Shown here: positions 9,615-19,357 of the stretch, piece after piece
Layout: every line of letters begins with the position of its first letter
How positions within the stretch are numbered: position 1 is the first letter of the stretch
Assembly: GCA_019912545.1 (NCBI GenBank)
Contig: JAIOIK010000204.1
Span: 79 to 64,078 of the forward strand
Direction of reading: 5' to 3'
Source of the DNA: Ignavibacteria bacterium
GTDB taxonomy: Bacteria > Bacteroidota > Ignavibacteria > Tepidaquicellales > OLB5
Length of the DNA stretch: 64,000 nucleotides
Position numbers and translations under genes: made by a program
Notes under the pieces: generated by a model
The model's database searches: none
What the model saw: the letters and a program-made list of their open reading frames with translations, nothing else
Told to the model about the DNA's origin: nothing

Positions 9615-9803
9615 GCAGCACCAAGGTTTTAAACCTTTCTCTTAGATTTTACTGGTCCTTTCCGGTTTGCAATTTAGCGCTGAATTCATTCATGCCATAG
9701 AACCGGAAAAGTCAATTTTCTAAATTAATCATTTTTAGCTATTAAGTAAAAACACAAATCATTAAATTTATCGGTTAGATAATCTTCCGGATAAGCGTGG
9801 GCA

Positions 9804-10619
9804 ATGGAGCTTTTTAAAATTGGATTCATTTCGGTAAGCTTAATAGATATAATTGATATAATCATTGTCACTTATATTTTCTACAAGCTGTATCTCGTAA
9901 TGCGTGGTACCATTGCATCCCAGATATTCCTGGGTTTAACACTTATTATCATAGCCTCATTAATAGCACAGACATTTAACATGAAATCTCTTGGCTGGAT
10001 CTTCAGCCGCTTAACTGATATATGGGTCATAGCTTTTATTATATTGTTCCAGCCTGAAATACGCAGATTATTGCTTGTAATTGGAAGAACGCGTATTGCG
10101 AGATATTTCCTTAAGTTCAACGCCAGTGAAACAATTAACGAAATAACAGACGCAATCAAAGAGCTTAAGGAGCGCGAACAGGGTGCCTTAATTGTTGTCT
10201 CTAAGGGTGATCGGCTCACATCTTTTGTTGAAACAGGTGAACCTCTTCAGGCAAAGGTAAGCAAAGAGCTCCTCATCTCTATTTTCAATAACCGCTCACC
10301 GCTGCACGATGGCGCAGTAATAATTAATAATAACACAATTGAAGCCGCAAGATGCATCCTGCCGCTATCTTCTATAGAGAGATCCGGAATTCGCAAGCTG
10401 GGCACAAGGCACAGGGCAGGGCTTGGCGCATCAGAAGATGTAAATGCTATTGTGATTATCCTTTCTGAAGAGACCGGTGATATATCCATTGCTGATGACG
10501 GCAGACTGAAATTCCTTTCAGGCCTCGAAGAGCTTAAGCGTGAGCTGCAGAAAGAACTTGAAACCTCTGATGTAAAAGAAGAAGTAAAGGAAATTTTCGA
10601 AGAAATGGAAGAAGAATAA
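9804..10619 (+). CDS. cdaA: diadenylate cyclase CdaA (three TM segments plus a DAC domain)
   Basis: DAC motifs are present: LHDGAVII, GTRHRAGLGASE and IVIILSEETGDIS. Confidence 0.9.
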   Translation: MELFKIGFISVSLIDIIDIIIVTYIFYKLYLVMRGTIASQIFLGLTLIIIASLIAQTFNMKSLGWIFSRLTDIWVIAFIILFQPEIRRLLLVIGRTRIARYFLKFNASETINEITDAIKELKEREQGALIVVSKGDRLTSFVETGEPLQAKVSKELLISIFNNRSPLHDGAVIINNNTIEAARCILPLSSIERSGIRKLGTRHRAGLGASEDVNAIVIILSEETGDISIADDGRLKFLSGLEELKRELQKELETSDVKEEVKEIFEEMEEE

Positions 10620-10634
10620 CAGGAGAGATTACCC

Positions 10635-11279
10635 ATGCTTCTGGTTGAAGAAGAAAAAAGAAAACTGGTAGAGCATCTTTGGTCGAAGGGAATAAAGAAC
10701 GAAGATATCCTTAAGGCAATTTATAAAGTTAACCGTGAAAGATTCATTTCATCAGCCCTTAGAAAACTTGCATATGACGATAATGCTTTGCCAATTGAGT
10801 GCGCTCAGACTATTTCGCAGCCCTTTACTGTTGCTTATATGACTCAGGCTTTGGAGGTAAAACCCGGTGATAAAATACTTGAGATCGGAACGGGCTCAGG
10901 TTACCAGGCTGCAATTTTATGCGAGCTTGGCGGTGAAGTTTATACTATTGAGCGTATCGAAAAGCTTCACGAAAATTCGAAAAAACTGCTTGCTTCACTT
11001 GGCTACAAAGTACATCTAAAGCTTTGTGACGGCACTCTAGGATGGGAAGAATTTGCCCCTTATGATAAGATAATTGTTACTGCCGGCGCGCCGGTAGTAC
11101 CCGAAAACCTTTTAACACAACTTAGTACCGGCGGAATACTAGTAATCCCTGTCGGTTCAATTGAATCGCAAAGGCTGCATGTTATTACAAAGACAGAAGA
11201 TGGTACAAGTGAAAAAAAATTCGAGCACTTCAAGTTTGTTCCATTGATTGGCGAAGAAGGCTGGAAGCCGGAAGATTAG
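10635..11279 (+). CDS. pcm: protein-L-isoaspartate O-methyltransferase
   Basis: It contains QTISQP and the SAM motif EIGTGSGYQAA. Confidence 0.9.
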   Translation: MLLVEEEKRKLVEHLWSKGIKNEDILKAIYKVNRERFISSALRKLAYDDNALPIECAQTISQPFTVAYMTQALEVKPGDKILEIGTGSGYQAAILCELGGEVYTIERIEKLHENSKKLLASLGYKVHLKLCDGTLGWEEFAPYDKIIVTAGAPVVPENLLTQLSTGGILVIPVGSIESQRLHVITKTEDGTSEKKFEHFKFVPLIGEEGWKPED

Positions 11280-11280
11280 T

Positions 11281-12243
11281 ATGCAGCATCCTAAACCTAA
11301 GATCCTCGTAATAACTGGTCCTACGGCATCAGGTAAAACTGACCTTGCTCTTAAGCTTGCAAAGGAGATTGAAAACAATTACGGGAAAAAAGTTGAGATA
11401 ATTTCAGCCGATTCACGGCAGGTGTATAAATATATCCCGATAACTACAGCACAACCTGCAGCTGAAGAATTAGATCAATTCAAACATTATTTTGTAAATG
11501 AGCTTGAGCTTGATGCAGAATTCAATGCCGGTGAATTCGGCTCAAAAGCCAGGATCCTGATAGATAAAATATTAAGTGAAGGTAAAATTCCTTTAGTTTC
11601 CGGCGGAAGCGGTCTGTACATAAATTCATTAGTGTATGGATTCTTCGAAATAGGTAGTGATGACAAACAGCTTGATGAAAAATTCAAATCAAAAAGAGAC
11701 GAGATATATAAAATAAAAGATGAAAAAGGATTTGAGTACTTACTTGATGAATTGAAACGGCATGACCCGCTCACTTTTAACAGGATGACGGAGATCAAGG
11801 AAAGAAGAGTCATCCGCGCGCTTGAAGTTTTTTATGTTACAGGTATTCCGATCTCAGTGCATCAAAGCAAAAAGATCGAGGTAGATTTTGAGCCGCGTCT
11901 ATATGCAATCCAAACCGAACGAAGTGAATTATATGACAGGATAAACAAAAGAACTGATGTAATGCTGTCGGCGGGAATGATCGAGGAAATAGAAAGGCTG
12001 AAAAGTAATGGTTATCATTACAAAACTCATAATTCGCTGAACACCGTGGGCGCAAAAGAAGTATTCGACTATCTTGATGGAATTTTAACAAAAGAACGTA
12101 TGAGGGAACTTATCAAACAGAATACAAGGCGATTTGCAAAGAGGCAAATGACATGGTTCAGAAGAGATGGAAATATTAAGTGGATTTCAAACAGCGCTAA
12201 GGATCGTGCAGAAGTTTTGGATGGAATATTAGAGAATCAATAA
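11281..12243 (+). CDS. miaA: tRNA dimethylallyltransferase
   Basis: It has the P-loop GPTASGKT. The ATG at 11281 is preferred over the TTG at 11248, which overlaps pcm. Confidence 0.9.
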   Translation: MQHPKPKILVITGPTASGKTDLALKLAKEIENNYGKKVEIISADSRQVYKYIPITTAQPAAEELDQFKHYFVNELELDAEFNAGEFGSKARILIDKILSEGKIPLVSGGSGLYINSLVYGFFEIGSDDKQLDEKFKSKRDEIYKIKDEKGFEYLLDELKRHDPLTFNRMTEIKERRVIRALEVFYVTGIPISVHQSKKIEVDFEPRLYAIQTERSELYDRINKRTDVMLSAGMIEEIERLKSNGYHYKTHNSLNTVGAKEVFDYLDGILTKERMRELIKQNTRRFAKRQMTWFRRDGNIKWISNSAKDRAEVLDGILENQ

Positions 12244-12908
12244 AAACTTTTTTTAAGATCGATCATTTCTTTAAGCAATGGATGCGGCCTGTAGCGGTCT
12301 TCTCCAAAATCCCTTTGCAAACCTGCCAGAATATTGCAAACAAGCTCAATACCAAGCCTATCTGCCCACTCAAGCGGGCCGAAAGGATAATTAGTTCCAA
12401 GCTTCATTGCAGTATCAATATCTTCCTTAGATGCGATCAGTTCACTAAATACCTGTACCGCCTCATTAATTATCATAGAAACTATCCTGGGAAATATCAG
12501 CCCAACTCTATCAGGTACAATCGAGTAATTAATCCCGGCTTCGCTTAAGAAATTTTCTGCATTTTTAAGTATTTTATCATCTGTTATTTTTGAGGGCGCT
12601 ATTTCAATTCTTTTTGCTATAGAAAATGTATCATATAAGCCAATGCCTATCAATCTTTCGGGGTTTTCCTGGAGTGAAGATTGAGCAGAGACAGATGAGC
12701 ACAATGATGAAGTGAATATCGGGATGTTCTTTGCTGAGTTTGCCTCTATATATTGGAGCTCTTCAGTTTTTTCGTATTCCGGAAAGTTGGTTGAATTGAT
12801 GATTATACCGGCTGATTCTATATTTTCCGTGAATTCAGCCTTACCGCTCATAAATTCTTTGACCTCGTTATTAATTGATTCTGAACCTGATAAGTAAACT
12901 TTAGTCAT
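12237..12908 (-). CDS. 3-hydroxyacyl-CoA dehydrogenase-like protein lacking the NAD-binding Gly motif
   Basis: The C-terminal domain is conserved (DIDTAMKLGTNYPFGPLEWADRLGIE...YRPHPLLKEM). The N-terminus reads VYLSGSES where GxGxxG is expected. Confidence 0.6.
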   Translation of the reverse strand: MTKVYLSGSESINNEVKEFMSGKAEFTENIESAGIIINSTNFPEYEKTEELQYIEANSAKNIPIFTSSLCSSVSAQSSLQENPERLIGIGLYDTFSIAKRIEIAPSKITDDKILKNAENFLSEAGINYSIVPDRVGLIFPRIVSMIINEAVQVFSELIASKEDIDTAMKLGTNYPFGPLEWADRLGIELVCNILAGLQRDFGEDRYRPHPLLKEMIDLKKSFY

Positions 12909-12915
12909 TTTTTAA

Positions 12916-13692
12916 TTGAATAATTCTGAATTAAAAGAAAAATTAGAAGCACATTACATAACCTATAAGCAAAAATTCTCATCAAAAGATCCTGTATGGA
13001 TACTTCACAGGTTCACTGATGAAAAAGATATTGAGCTTGTTGCCTTAATTACCGCGGCATATGCTTATGGTTCAGTGGACCAAATTAACATGTTTATAAA
13101 TGCACTCCTGCAGAAAACCGGTAATAAACCATACGAATTTACCATTAATTTTTCCAAACGAAAAGATAAAAATCATTTATCGGGTTTATATTATAGATTC
13201 AATTCTCACATAGACCTGCTTGATATGTTCAGTACTTTGAACAAAGCGCTCTTAAAATTTGGCTCACTAAAGAATTTATTCCTGAGCCATTATCAACCTT
13301 CACACAAAAACATCATTCCTGCACTTAGCGGATTTACAGATGAGCTGAATAAGAACATCCGGAGTTCTGAAAGCAGTTATTACCACTATCTTTTTTCAAA
13401 CCCGGTAAATAAAAGCGCATGTAAACGTATGAACCTGTTCTTAAGATGGATGGTGCGTAAGGATGAGATTGATACAGGGTTGTGGAAAGGCATTAAAACA
13501 TCAAAACTTGTTATGCCTGTTGATACGCATATAGCATGGATATCTAAGAAGATGAAATTAGTAACCCGCAAAACCATTGATCTGAAATTTGCTTTGGAAT
13601 TGACGGATAAACTGAAAGAATTTGACCCGGTTGATCCTGTAAAATATGATTTTGCATTATGCCATATAGGTATTGATAAAAAAGAATTTTGA
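12916..13692 (+). CDS. TIGR02757/DUF2400-like conserved hypothetical protein (TTG start)
   Basis: Recognised from memory only, based on the pattern LFLRWMVRKD..D.GLW....LVMPVDTH. Confidence 0.5.
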   Translation: MNNSELKEKLEAHYITYKQKFSSKDPVWILHRFTDEKDIELVALITAAYAYGSVDQINMFINALLQKTGNKPYEFTINFSKRKDKNHLSGLYYRFNSHIDLLDMFSTLNKALLKFGSLKNLFLSHYQPSHKNIIPALSGFTDELNKNIRSSESSYYHYLFSNPVNKSACKRMNLFLRWMVRKDEIDTGLWKGIKTSKLVMPVDTHIAWISKKMKLVTRKTIDLKFALELTDKLKEFDPVDPVKYDFALCHIGIDKKEF

Positions 13693-13719
13693 TGCCTGTC
13701 ATTAATGGGTGTTTAAACA

Positions 13720-13804
13720 GTGTCAGGTCTGCACAAAGTCCCCCTTCGGGGAGGACCTGACACAAACAATCTTCCGTACCCGTCAGGTCCTCAGACATGA
13801 CGGG
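13720..13804 (+). repeat. two adjacent GC-rich hairpins sharing a GTCAGGTC core; probable terminator/REP-like element
   Basis: Hairpin 1 is GTGTCAGGTC...GACCTGACAC, a 10-bp perfect stem with an inner TCCCC-TTCG-GGGGA. Hairpin 2 is CCCGTCA...TGACGGG. A T-run follows at about 13812. Confidence 0.55.
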
Positions 13805-13937
13805 AAATTAATGGTTTTTTTCAGCGTCTTTTAAATTAGTAGGTTAAGGCTGAGTGTTAGTAACTATAAACATTAATTCTTATTTTACAACTCTCAACTA
13901 ATTGCGAGTTTGAAATTCTTCTAAACATACGTTATTT

Positions 13938-15098
13938 ATGAAAATAGGTATTCTTTGTTATCCAACTTACGGCGGAAGCGGTGTTGTTGCAACCGAGCTT
14001 GGTATTGAGCTTGCTGCGCGCGGACACCAGGTTCATTTCATTTCATACAGTATGCCCATGCGGCTTAATATGGGATTTTCTGATAATATTTTCTTTCACA
14101 AAGTAGAGATTGCCTCTTATCCATTGTTCGATTTTCCGCTATACAGCATAGCACTTGCAAGTAAAATTGTTGAAGTAGCAAAATTTAACGGACTGGATCT
14201 GGTTCACGCTCACTATGCAATACCTCATGCTACAAGCGCTTACCTTGCCAGAGAAATTATTAAAGAAGAAGTTCTTTCAAAAAAGAAGAATAACAGGAAT
14301 ATAAAAATTATAACAACCCTGCATGGTACAGATATCACACTCACCGGGCTTGAGATCAGTTTCCTGCCTACAATGAAGTTTTCCATCAGGCAATCCGATG
14401 GCGTTACCGCAGTATCTGAATTCCTAAGAACAAAAACACAGTCACAATACGAGATCTTCAAAGAGATAAAAGTAATACCTAACTTCATTAATCTTGATAT
14501 ATACAAAAGAATAAACAACAAGGAAACTGAGTGCCTTAAGGCAAGATTTTCTAAGAATGGCGAGAAGATACTTGTTCATACATCAAACTTCCGCCCTTTG
14601 AAGCGGGTTGATGATGCAATACGTGTTTTTAAGAAAATTCATGACAAAATTCCTTCAAAGCTCTTGTTGATAGGAGACGGCCCTGAACGAAGCAAATGCG
14701 AGTATCTTGCCAAAGATCTTGGTGTGGATGCAGATGTTAAGTTTTACGGCGAGCAGGAATCTTTTACAGAGATTCTTTCCATTGCAGACCTGTTCTTAAT
14801 GCCGTCACAATCTGAAAGCTTTGGTCTCTCAGCGCTTGAAGCCATGGCATGCGGCGTTCCCGTTATTTCATCAAATGCCGGGGGATTGCCCGAGCTGAAT
14901 CTGCACGGTGAAACAGGATACATTGCAGAAATTGGCGATGTTGATAAAATGGCAGATTATGCTTTAAGCTTACTTGAAAACCCTAATAAGTATAAGATCT
15001 TTTCCGAGAATACTCTTGAAAGGGCAACCACGCTCTTTTCGGCTGAAAAAATAATCCCGGAATATGAAAAATATTACGAGGAAGTGCTGGGTTCATAG
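13938..15098 (+). CDS. bshA: N-acetyl-alpha-D-glucosaminyl L-malate synthase (bacillithiol biosynthesis glycosyltransferase, GT4)
   Basis: It contains KIGILCYPTYGGSGVVATELG..RGHQVHF, HAHYAIPHA, TTLHGTDIT, LLLIGDGPE and ESFGLSALEAMACGVP. This matches BshA as I recall it. Confidence 0.8.
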   Translation: MKIGILCYPTYGGSGVVATELGIELAARGHQVHFISYSMPMRLNMGFSDNIFFHKVEIASYPLFDFPLYSIALASKIVEVAKFNGLDLVHAHYAIPHATSAYLAREIIKEEVLSKKKNNRNIKIITTLHGTDITLTGLEISFLPTMKFSIRQSDGVTAVSEFLRTKTQSQYEIFKEIKVIPNFINLDIYKRINNKETECLKARFSKNGEKILVHTSNFRPLKRVDDAIRVFKKIHDKIPSKLLLIGDGPERSKCEYLAKDLGVDADVKFYGEQESFTEILSIADLFLMPSQSESFGLSALEAMACGVPVISSNAGGLPELNLHGETGYIAEIGDVDKMADYALSLLENPNKYKIFSENTLERATTLFSAEKIIPEYEKYYEEVLGS

Positions 15099-15170
15099 AT
15101 TTGCTTTTTTTTTGGGGGAGATATTGTTTATATTAGAGTATTCCCAAAAACATAAAAGCGGAGCAGAAAA

Positions 15171-17324
15171 ATGAAACAGAAATACATTTTTTTAGCTATG
15201 TTGTTTTCCTTAATCTCCTCAATCACCTTTAGCCAGATGTTTTGGCACCAGGCAGCAAGTTTTAACGGTACAAGCGATATAACAATCCCTGCATCACCTT
15301 CAACAGATATAACAGGAAGCTTTACGGTTGAAGCATGGGTGAGCCCTACTACAACTGGATTGCAGAACATAATGGCAAAAGGTAATTCAAGATACGATTT
15401 CAGGATATCTTCATCCTCTCCCGGAGGCAGGATAGCCATTAGGACAAATGGTACTACTAGACTTACTGCAAAAGTTTCAAGTTCTCTAACCCCAAATGTG
15501 TGGACTCATGTTGCAGCAACTTATAATGTAGGTACTAATACTTTTTCACTTTTTATAAATGGAGTACTGGATACTTCTGCAGTAATTGCAGGCGCAGCCC
15601 CTACTTCAGCAGTTGAAACAGTGACAATTGGAGATGGATTTAACGGAAATTTTACAGGATTGATTGATGAAGCCAGAATTTGGAACCGTGCACTTACTGC
15701 TACTGAGTTATCAAACAATATGTTTGTTTCACTTGGTGCTACAGGCGGCGTATACAACGGACTTGTACTTTCAATGACTATGCAGAATAGTTATGGTTCT
15801 TCTCCAACAAGTTTAACAGATTGGTCAGGTAACGGGAATACCGGTACTAATAATGGCGCCGTTTTTGTTAATTACAGCGGTAAACCTTCGAGGACAACGT
15901 ACCAGAATCAAAGCCTGGTTTTTGACGGAGCTTCGTGGGTTGCAGGGCCTGATAACGCAGCAGTTAGTCCAACTGCAGCTATAACTTTGGAAGCATGGAT
16001 CTTTCCAAAAACTAATGTTGGCACACAGCCTTTTATAAACAAAGGAAACGCACTTTCAAACTACCAGCTTAGGCTTATAAGCACAACAAATGTTTTGGCA
16101 GCAGTTATAAATGGTGTGCTTATCAGTTCAACAACAGTTGCAGTACCTGTAAACAGGTGGAGCCATGTGGCGTTTACTTATACGCCCGGCGGCACATATA
16201 AATTCTTCCTGAATGGAAACCTTGGCGGTACAGGCACAAATGCGGCTCCTCTTCTTGATGGGGCGGATTCTTTGATCATAGGCAGATATCCGGGAGGCTC
16301 TTTATTTACCGGTTACGTTGATGAAGTGAGAATTTCCAATTATGCAAAGCCGGATAGCACTATACAGCAATATGTTTACAGGTCTATTGATCAAAGCAAT
16401 GAACCTTTTTCAGGAAATGTTAATGTTGTCTATAATTTTGATGGTTATGGAGTTGATAATTGTTCCGATGGCGGTCCAAGAATGTATTTCAGGAATAATG
16501 CAAGATTCTCTATTCACAATATAACAGGCAGCAGCAGTGAAGATGAAAGTTCTACATCACCTCTTAACAGGTGGGATGCCGGCAATTTCTCAAGAGGCTG
16601 GTATATGAAAACTTCAGACAGGCTTATCCCGAATGTTGGAGTTATGACCGTGGATAGCCTAAATGTTTCCCCGGGGGTTTCTATGACAGATGTAAATTTA
16701 TTCATTGGTCTCAATCATACATATGTAAATGACCTCAGAATTACACTTGTTGCACCTAATGGCGATAGCTCAGTTGTATTTAACGGTAATGGTGGAAGTG
16801 AAAATGACCTGGTAACAATTTTTGATGACCAGGCCGATAGCACTATTGCTGGTTTGGGTAATACTTACATTGGGGGTTACACGCGTATAAAGCCTTCGGG
16901 TGTGCTTAATACACCATTTTCCGGCGACCAATCAGCTGGTATCTGGAGATTAAGAATTATTGATGGCTTTGCGGGTGATGAAGGCAGAGTCTATTCATGG
17001 GGTATCCAGATAAATAATGCAGTCTTTACAGGTGTAAATCAGATCGCATCTGAAATACCGCTGAAATTCATGCTGCATCAAAATTATCCGAATCCGTTTA
17101 ACCCTGTGACGAGCATTAAGTTCGCGATCCCAAGTTCTGCTTTTACTGTAATAAAAGTGTATGATATTATTGGCAGGGAAGTAGCTAAACTGGTTGATAA
17201 GCAATTAAGTGCAGGTACTTACGAAGTGACATTTGACGGCAAAGACCTTGCTTCAGGTGTTTATTTCTACAGGATCGAATCAGCTGATTTTGTTGATGTG
17301 AAGAAAATGATGCTGGTTAAATAA
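15171..17324 (+). CDS. secreted LamG/concanavalin-like lectin domain protein with a proprotein-convertase P-domain and a T9SS sorting domain
   Basis: There are two LamG-like modules ('DEARIWNRALT', 'VDEVRISNYA') and a P-domain-like 'LNHTYVNDLRITLVAPNG'. The tail reads 'YPNPFNPVTSIKF...GVYFYRIE'. Confidence 0.75.
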   Translation: MKQKYIFLAMLFSLISSITFSQMFWHQAASFNGTSDITIPASPSTDITGSFTVEAWVSPTTTGLQNIMAKGNSRYDFRISSSSPGGRIAIRTNGTTRLTAKVSSSLTPNVWTHVAATYNVGTNTFSLFINGVLDTSAVIAGAAPTSAVETVTIGDGFNGNFTGLIDEARIWNRALTATELSNNMFVSLGATGGVYNGLVLSMTMQNSYGSSPTSLTDWSGNGNTGTNNGAVFVNYSGKPSRTTYQNQSLVFDGASWVAGPDNAAVSPTAAITLEAWIFPKTNVGTQPFINKGNALSNYQLRLISTTNVLAAVINGVLISSTTVAVPVNRWSHVAFTYTPGGTYKFFLNGNLGGTGTNAAPLLDGADSLIIGRYPGGSLFTGYVDEVRISNYAKPDSTIQQYVYRSIDQSNEPFSGNVNVVYNFDGYGVDNCSDGGPRMYFRNNARFSIHNITGSSSEDESSTSPLNRWDAGNFSRGWYMKTSDRLIPNVGVMTVDSLNVSPGVSMTDVNLFIGLNHTYVNDLRITLVAPNGDSSVVFNGNGGSENDLVTIFDDQADSTIAGLGNTYIGGYTRIKPSGVLNTPFSGDQSAGIWRLRIIDGFAGDEGRVYSWGIQINNAVFTGVNQIASEIPLKFMLHQNYPNPFNPVTSIKFAIPSSAFTVIKVYDIIGREVAKLVDKQLSAGTYEVTFDGKDLASGVYFYRIESADFVDVKKMMLVK

Positions 17325-17368
17325 GTATTGCAAGTAACTATGTAGTGAACAAATAGTCTAACATTGTG

Positions 17369-17404
17369 AGGGGGGCTTCTTCTTATAGAAGTTCCCTTTT
17401 TTTA
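17369..17404. terminator. hairpin plus T-run between convergent genes
   Basis: The sequence is gaGGGGGCTTCTtcttatAGAAGTTCCCttttttt. Confidence 0.55.
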
Positions 17405-17459
17405 TTTTGGTGAAATTTCTTGAACAAGAAATTATTGTGAGCAGATATTGAATGGGCAG

Positions 17460-19010
17460 CTAATCCGGAACTTCTGTCTTTTCTGCCAGTATCTCTGCAA
17501 ATGGCCTCTTTTTCATTTTACCTTCTGCCCAGCTTATCATGTCAAATTGTTCTATTGCATTTCTTTCAAAAGGATCTGCTTTTAGCTTTATGAGGTCTTT
17601 TTTGAACATACCAAAAATCTCCATCTTCGTTTTTTCATCATTTGTATTCATTGCCTTTGTTACGAATGCCAAAACAGTCTTTTCAAAGCCATGAAATCTT
17701 TCAGCTTTCGAGAGATATCTCTTCGTTGATTTCACAGCATATTCAAGATGGTCATAATTACCGCTTTCGAAATGAATAATCAGGTTCTTTATTCTGGCTA
17801 TACTGTGCTGTTCCGGCTCTTTGCCGGCATCTTTCGAATTCAGTATCCTGCTTATATAATGCAAACCTCGTTCAAGATCGTTCATTATGAAACACGCATA
17901 AGCCAGCTTATTGTACAATGAAAGCTTCCTGCTTTCCTGTAAATGCCTGGAGAATCTTTCTAGTCCCTTATTGATATCTTCAATTGATCGTATGATCTTG
18001 CCAAACAGGCAAAACTTGATATTATATGTCAATTCAAGATCCGATACCAGCAGGAAAGTTCTTGTCTGAAGGTCTATAAACTCTTTCCTGTTCTCAAACT
18101 GTGCGGCAAAATTCTTTAGTTTCTGAATCCCGTTCTCGAATTCTTTTCTGAATCCCTGAATAACACATGCATTCAGATAATTATTCAGTGCAAGCACATA
18201 ACTTCTTGGATTCTCACGGATAAACCTCTTATCACTTTCCAAAAGGTCAAGTAAAGCCTTGCGGTATTTGATCCAGCTCTTGTTGTCATTTACTATTCTG
18301 TAATAATGCCCGAGAATTGAATAATGCTTGAATTTAGCATCAAAGTTATCCGCTTTTGATTCACCCCTCAATAATGGGTTATTGGCAATTAAATTCAGCC
18401 TGTCCAGATCGCTCTTTGTTCTTATTGATCCCATCTCTTTTGAGAGAAGAAATAACTCGTTATACAGCAAATTGTATTCTTCGTTTACTGTTATTGATCT
18501 CAGGTTATCCAAACTGCGCTTTTTCAGCTCTTCGAAATTAACTCCCTTTTCAGTGGTGTAGTAATCAGTGGTCAGGGCAGTCATTTCTTTGTTGTAAAGC
18601 AGAGCAAGGTAAAATGGTTTATCATTTTCCTTTGCGATCTCTATTGCCTTATTAAGAAGAGTCTTGAACTGTTTATAAAGTCCCTTTTCAAATAGTACAT
18701 TAAGCTCTGTCAGTATGTTATTAAGTTTTGAAACTGCAAATTTTTCTGAGTGGTATGCACTGAGTGACTTTAGTACAAGATTGAACAGATAATTTTTTGT
18801 TGAATACAGGGTGGCTGCAAATTTTTCACCTTTAAACTTTGTCTTTATCTGTTCTTCGTCATACTCATTCTGCAGTTCAATTGCTTCAAAAAGCCTTACA
18901 TAAACATTTTTACTTCCAATTGTTTGTTTTGATGCAAATTTTTTGAAATATCCTTTTTCAGTTTTCGACATAGCCTTTATTAGCTGAAAAAGGTCATCGG
19001 TGGCTTTCAT
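17460..19010 (-). CDS. hypothetical all-alpha (TPR-like) protein, 516 aa
   Basis: It is a long uninterrupted ORF with a helical repeat character. No catalytic motif or signal peptide was recognised. Confidence 0.6.
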   Translation of the reverse strand: MKATDDLFQLIKAMSKTEKGYFKKFASKQTIGSKNVYVRLFEAIELQNEYDEEQIKTKFKGEKFAATLYSTKNYLFNLVLKSLSAYHSEKFAVSKLNNILTELNVLFEKGLYKQFKTLLNKAIEIAKENDKPFYLALLYNKEMTALTTDYYTTEKGVNFEELKKRSLDNLRSITVNEEYNLLYNELFLLSKEMGSIRTKSDLDRLNLIANNPLLRGESKADNFDAKFKHYSILGHYYRIVNDNKSWIKYRKALLDLLESDKRFIRENPRSYVLALNNYLNACVIQGFRKEFENGIQKLKNFAAQFENRKEFIDLQTRTFLLVSDLELTYNIKFCLFGKIIRSIEDINKGLERFSRHLQESRKLSLYNKLAYACFIMNDLERGLHYISRILNSKDAGKEPEQHSIARIKNLIIHFESGNYDHLEYAVKSTKRYLSKAERFHGFEKTVLAFVTKAMNTNDEKTKMEIFGMFKKDLIKLKADPFERNAIEQFDMISWAEGKMKKRPFAEILAEKTEVPD

Positions 19011-19109
19011 TGATTTCTTTGATTAAATGATCTGAATAACCAAAAATAATCATTTTTATCCCAAAAAAGCCATTAGGATGAATTATTGGACTTATGAGAA
19101 TGCGCCAAA

Positions 19110-19357
19110 GTTAGTTTTGTTTGGCAGTTCATTAAATCTATATTTGAACATGGAAAATATAGTAACAGAGAGATTCATCAATCAAACCCATGAAAGCGGA
19201 CTAACGCCTCCAGTCGTAGTCAGCCCCAGGGACTTTCCATAAATCCCGATTTAAAGGAGAAGTTGAATAATTTAACCGATTTAATTATTTAATTTGTCTC
19301 CAGGCCGTATCCAAACAGAAAAGGGGGAACTTTTAATCAAAATTCCCTCTTTTTCTA
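19110..19357 (+). ncRNA. candidate small structured RNA or 5' leader (unclassified)
   Basis: It lies in a 480-nt non-coding gap. Long-range pairing is possible between ATGGAAA (about 19150) and TTTCCAT (about 19234). An AT-rich hairpin GGAGA..TCTCC sits at about 19256-19301. A terminator-like AGGGGGAA-N13-TTCCCTCTTTTT sits at about 19321-19355. Confidence 0.2.

Noticed and set aside
13720-13804. Possible SRP (4.5S) RNA, suggested by GTCAGGTCC strings resembling the conserved domain IV sequence.
   Set aside because: The UCAGG bases are locked in a perfect 10-bp stem. The expected GGAA tetraloop and the 3' GGAAGCAGC strand are absent. It fits a REP/terminator hairpin better.
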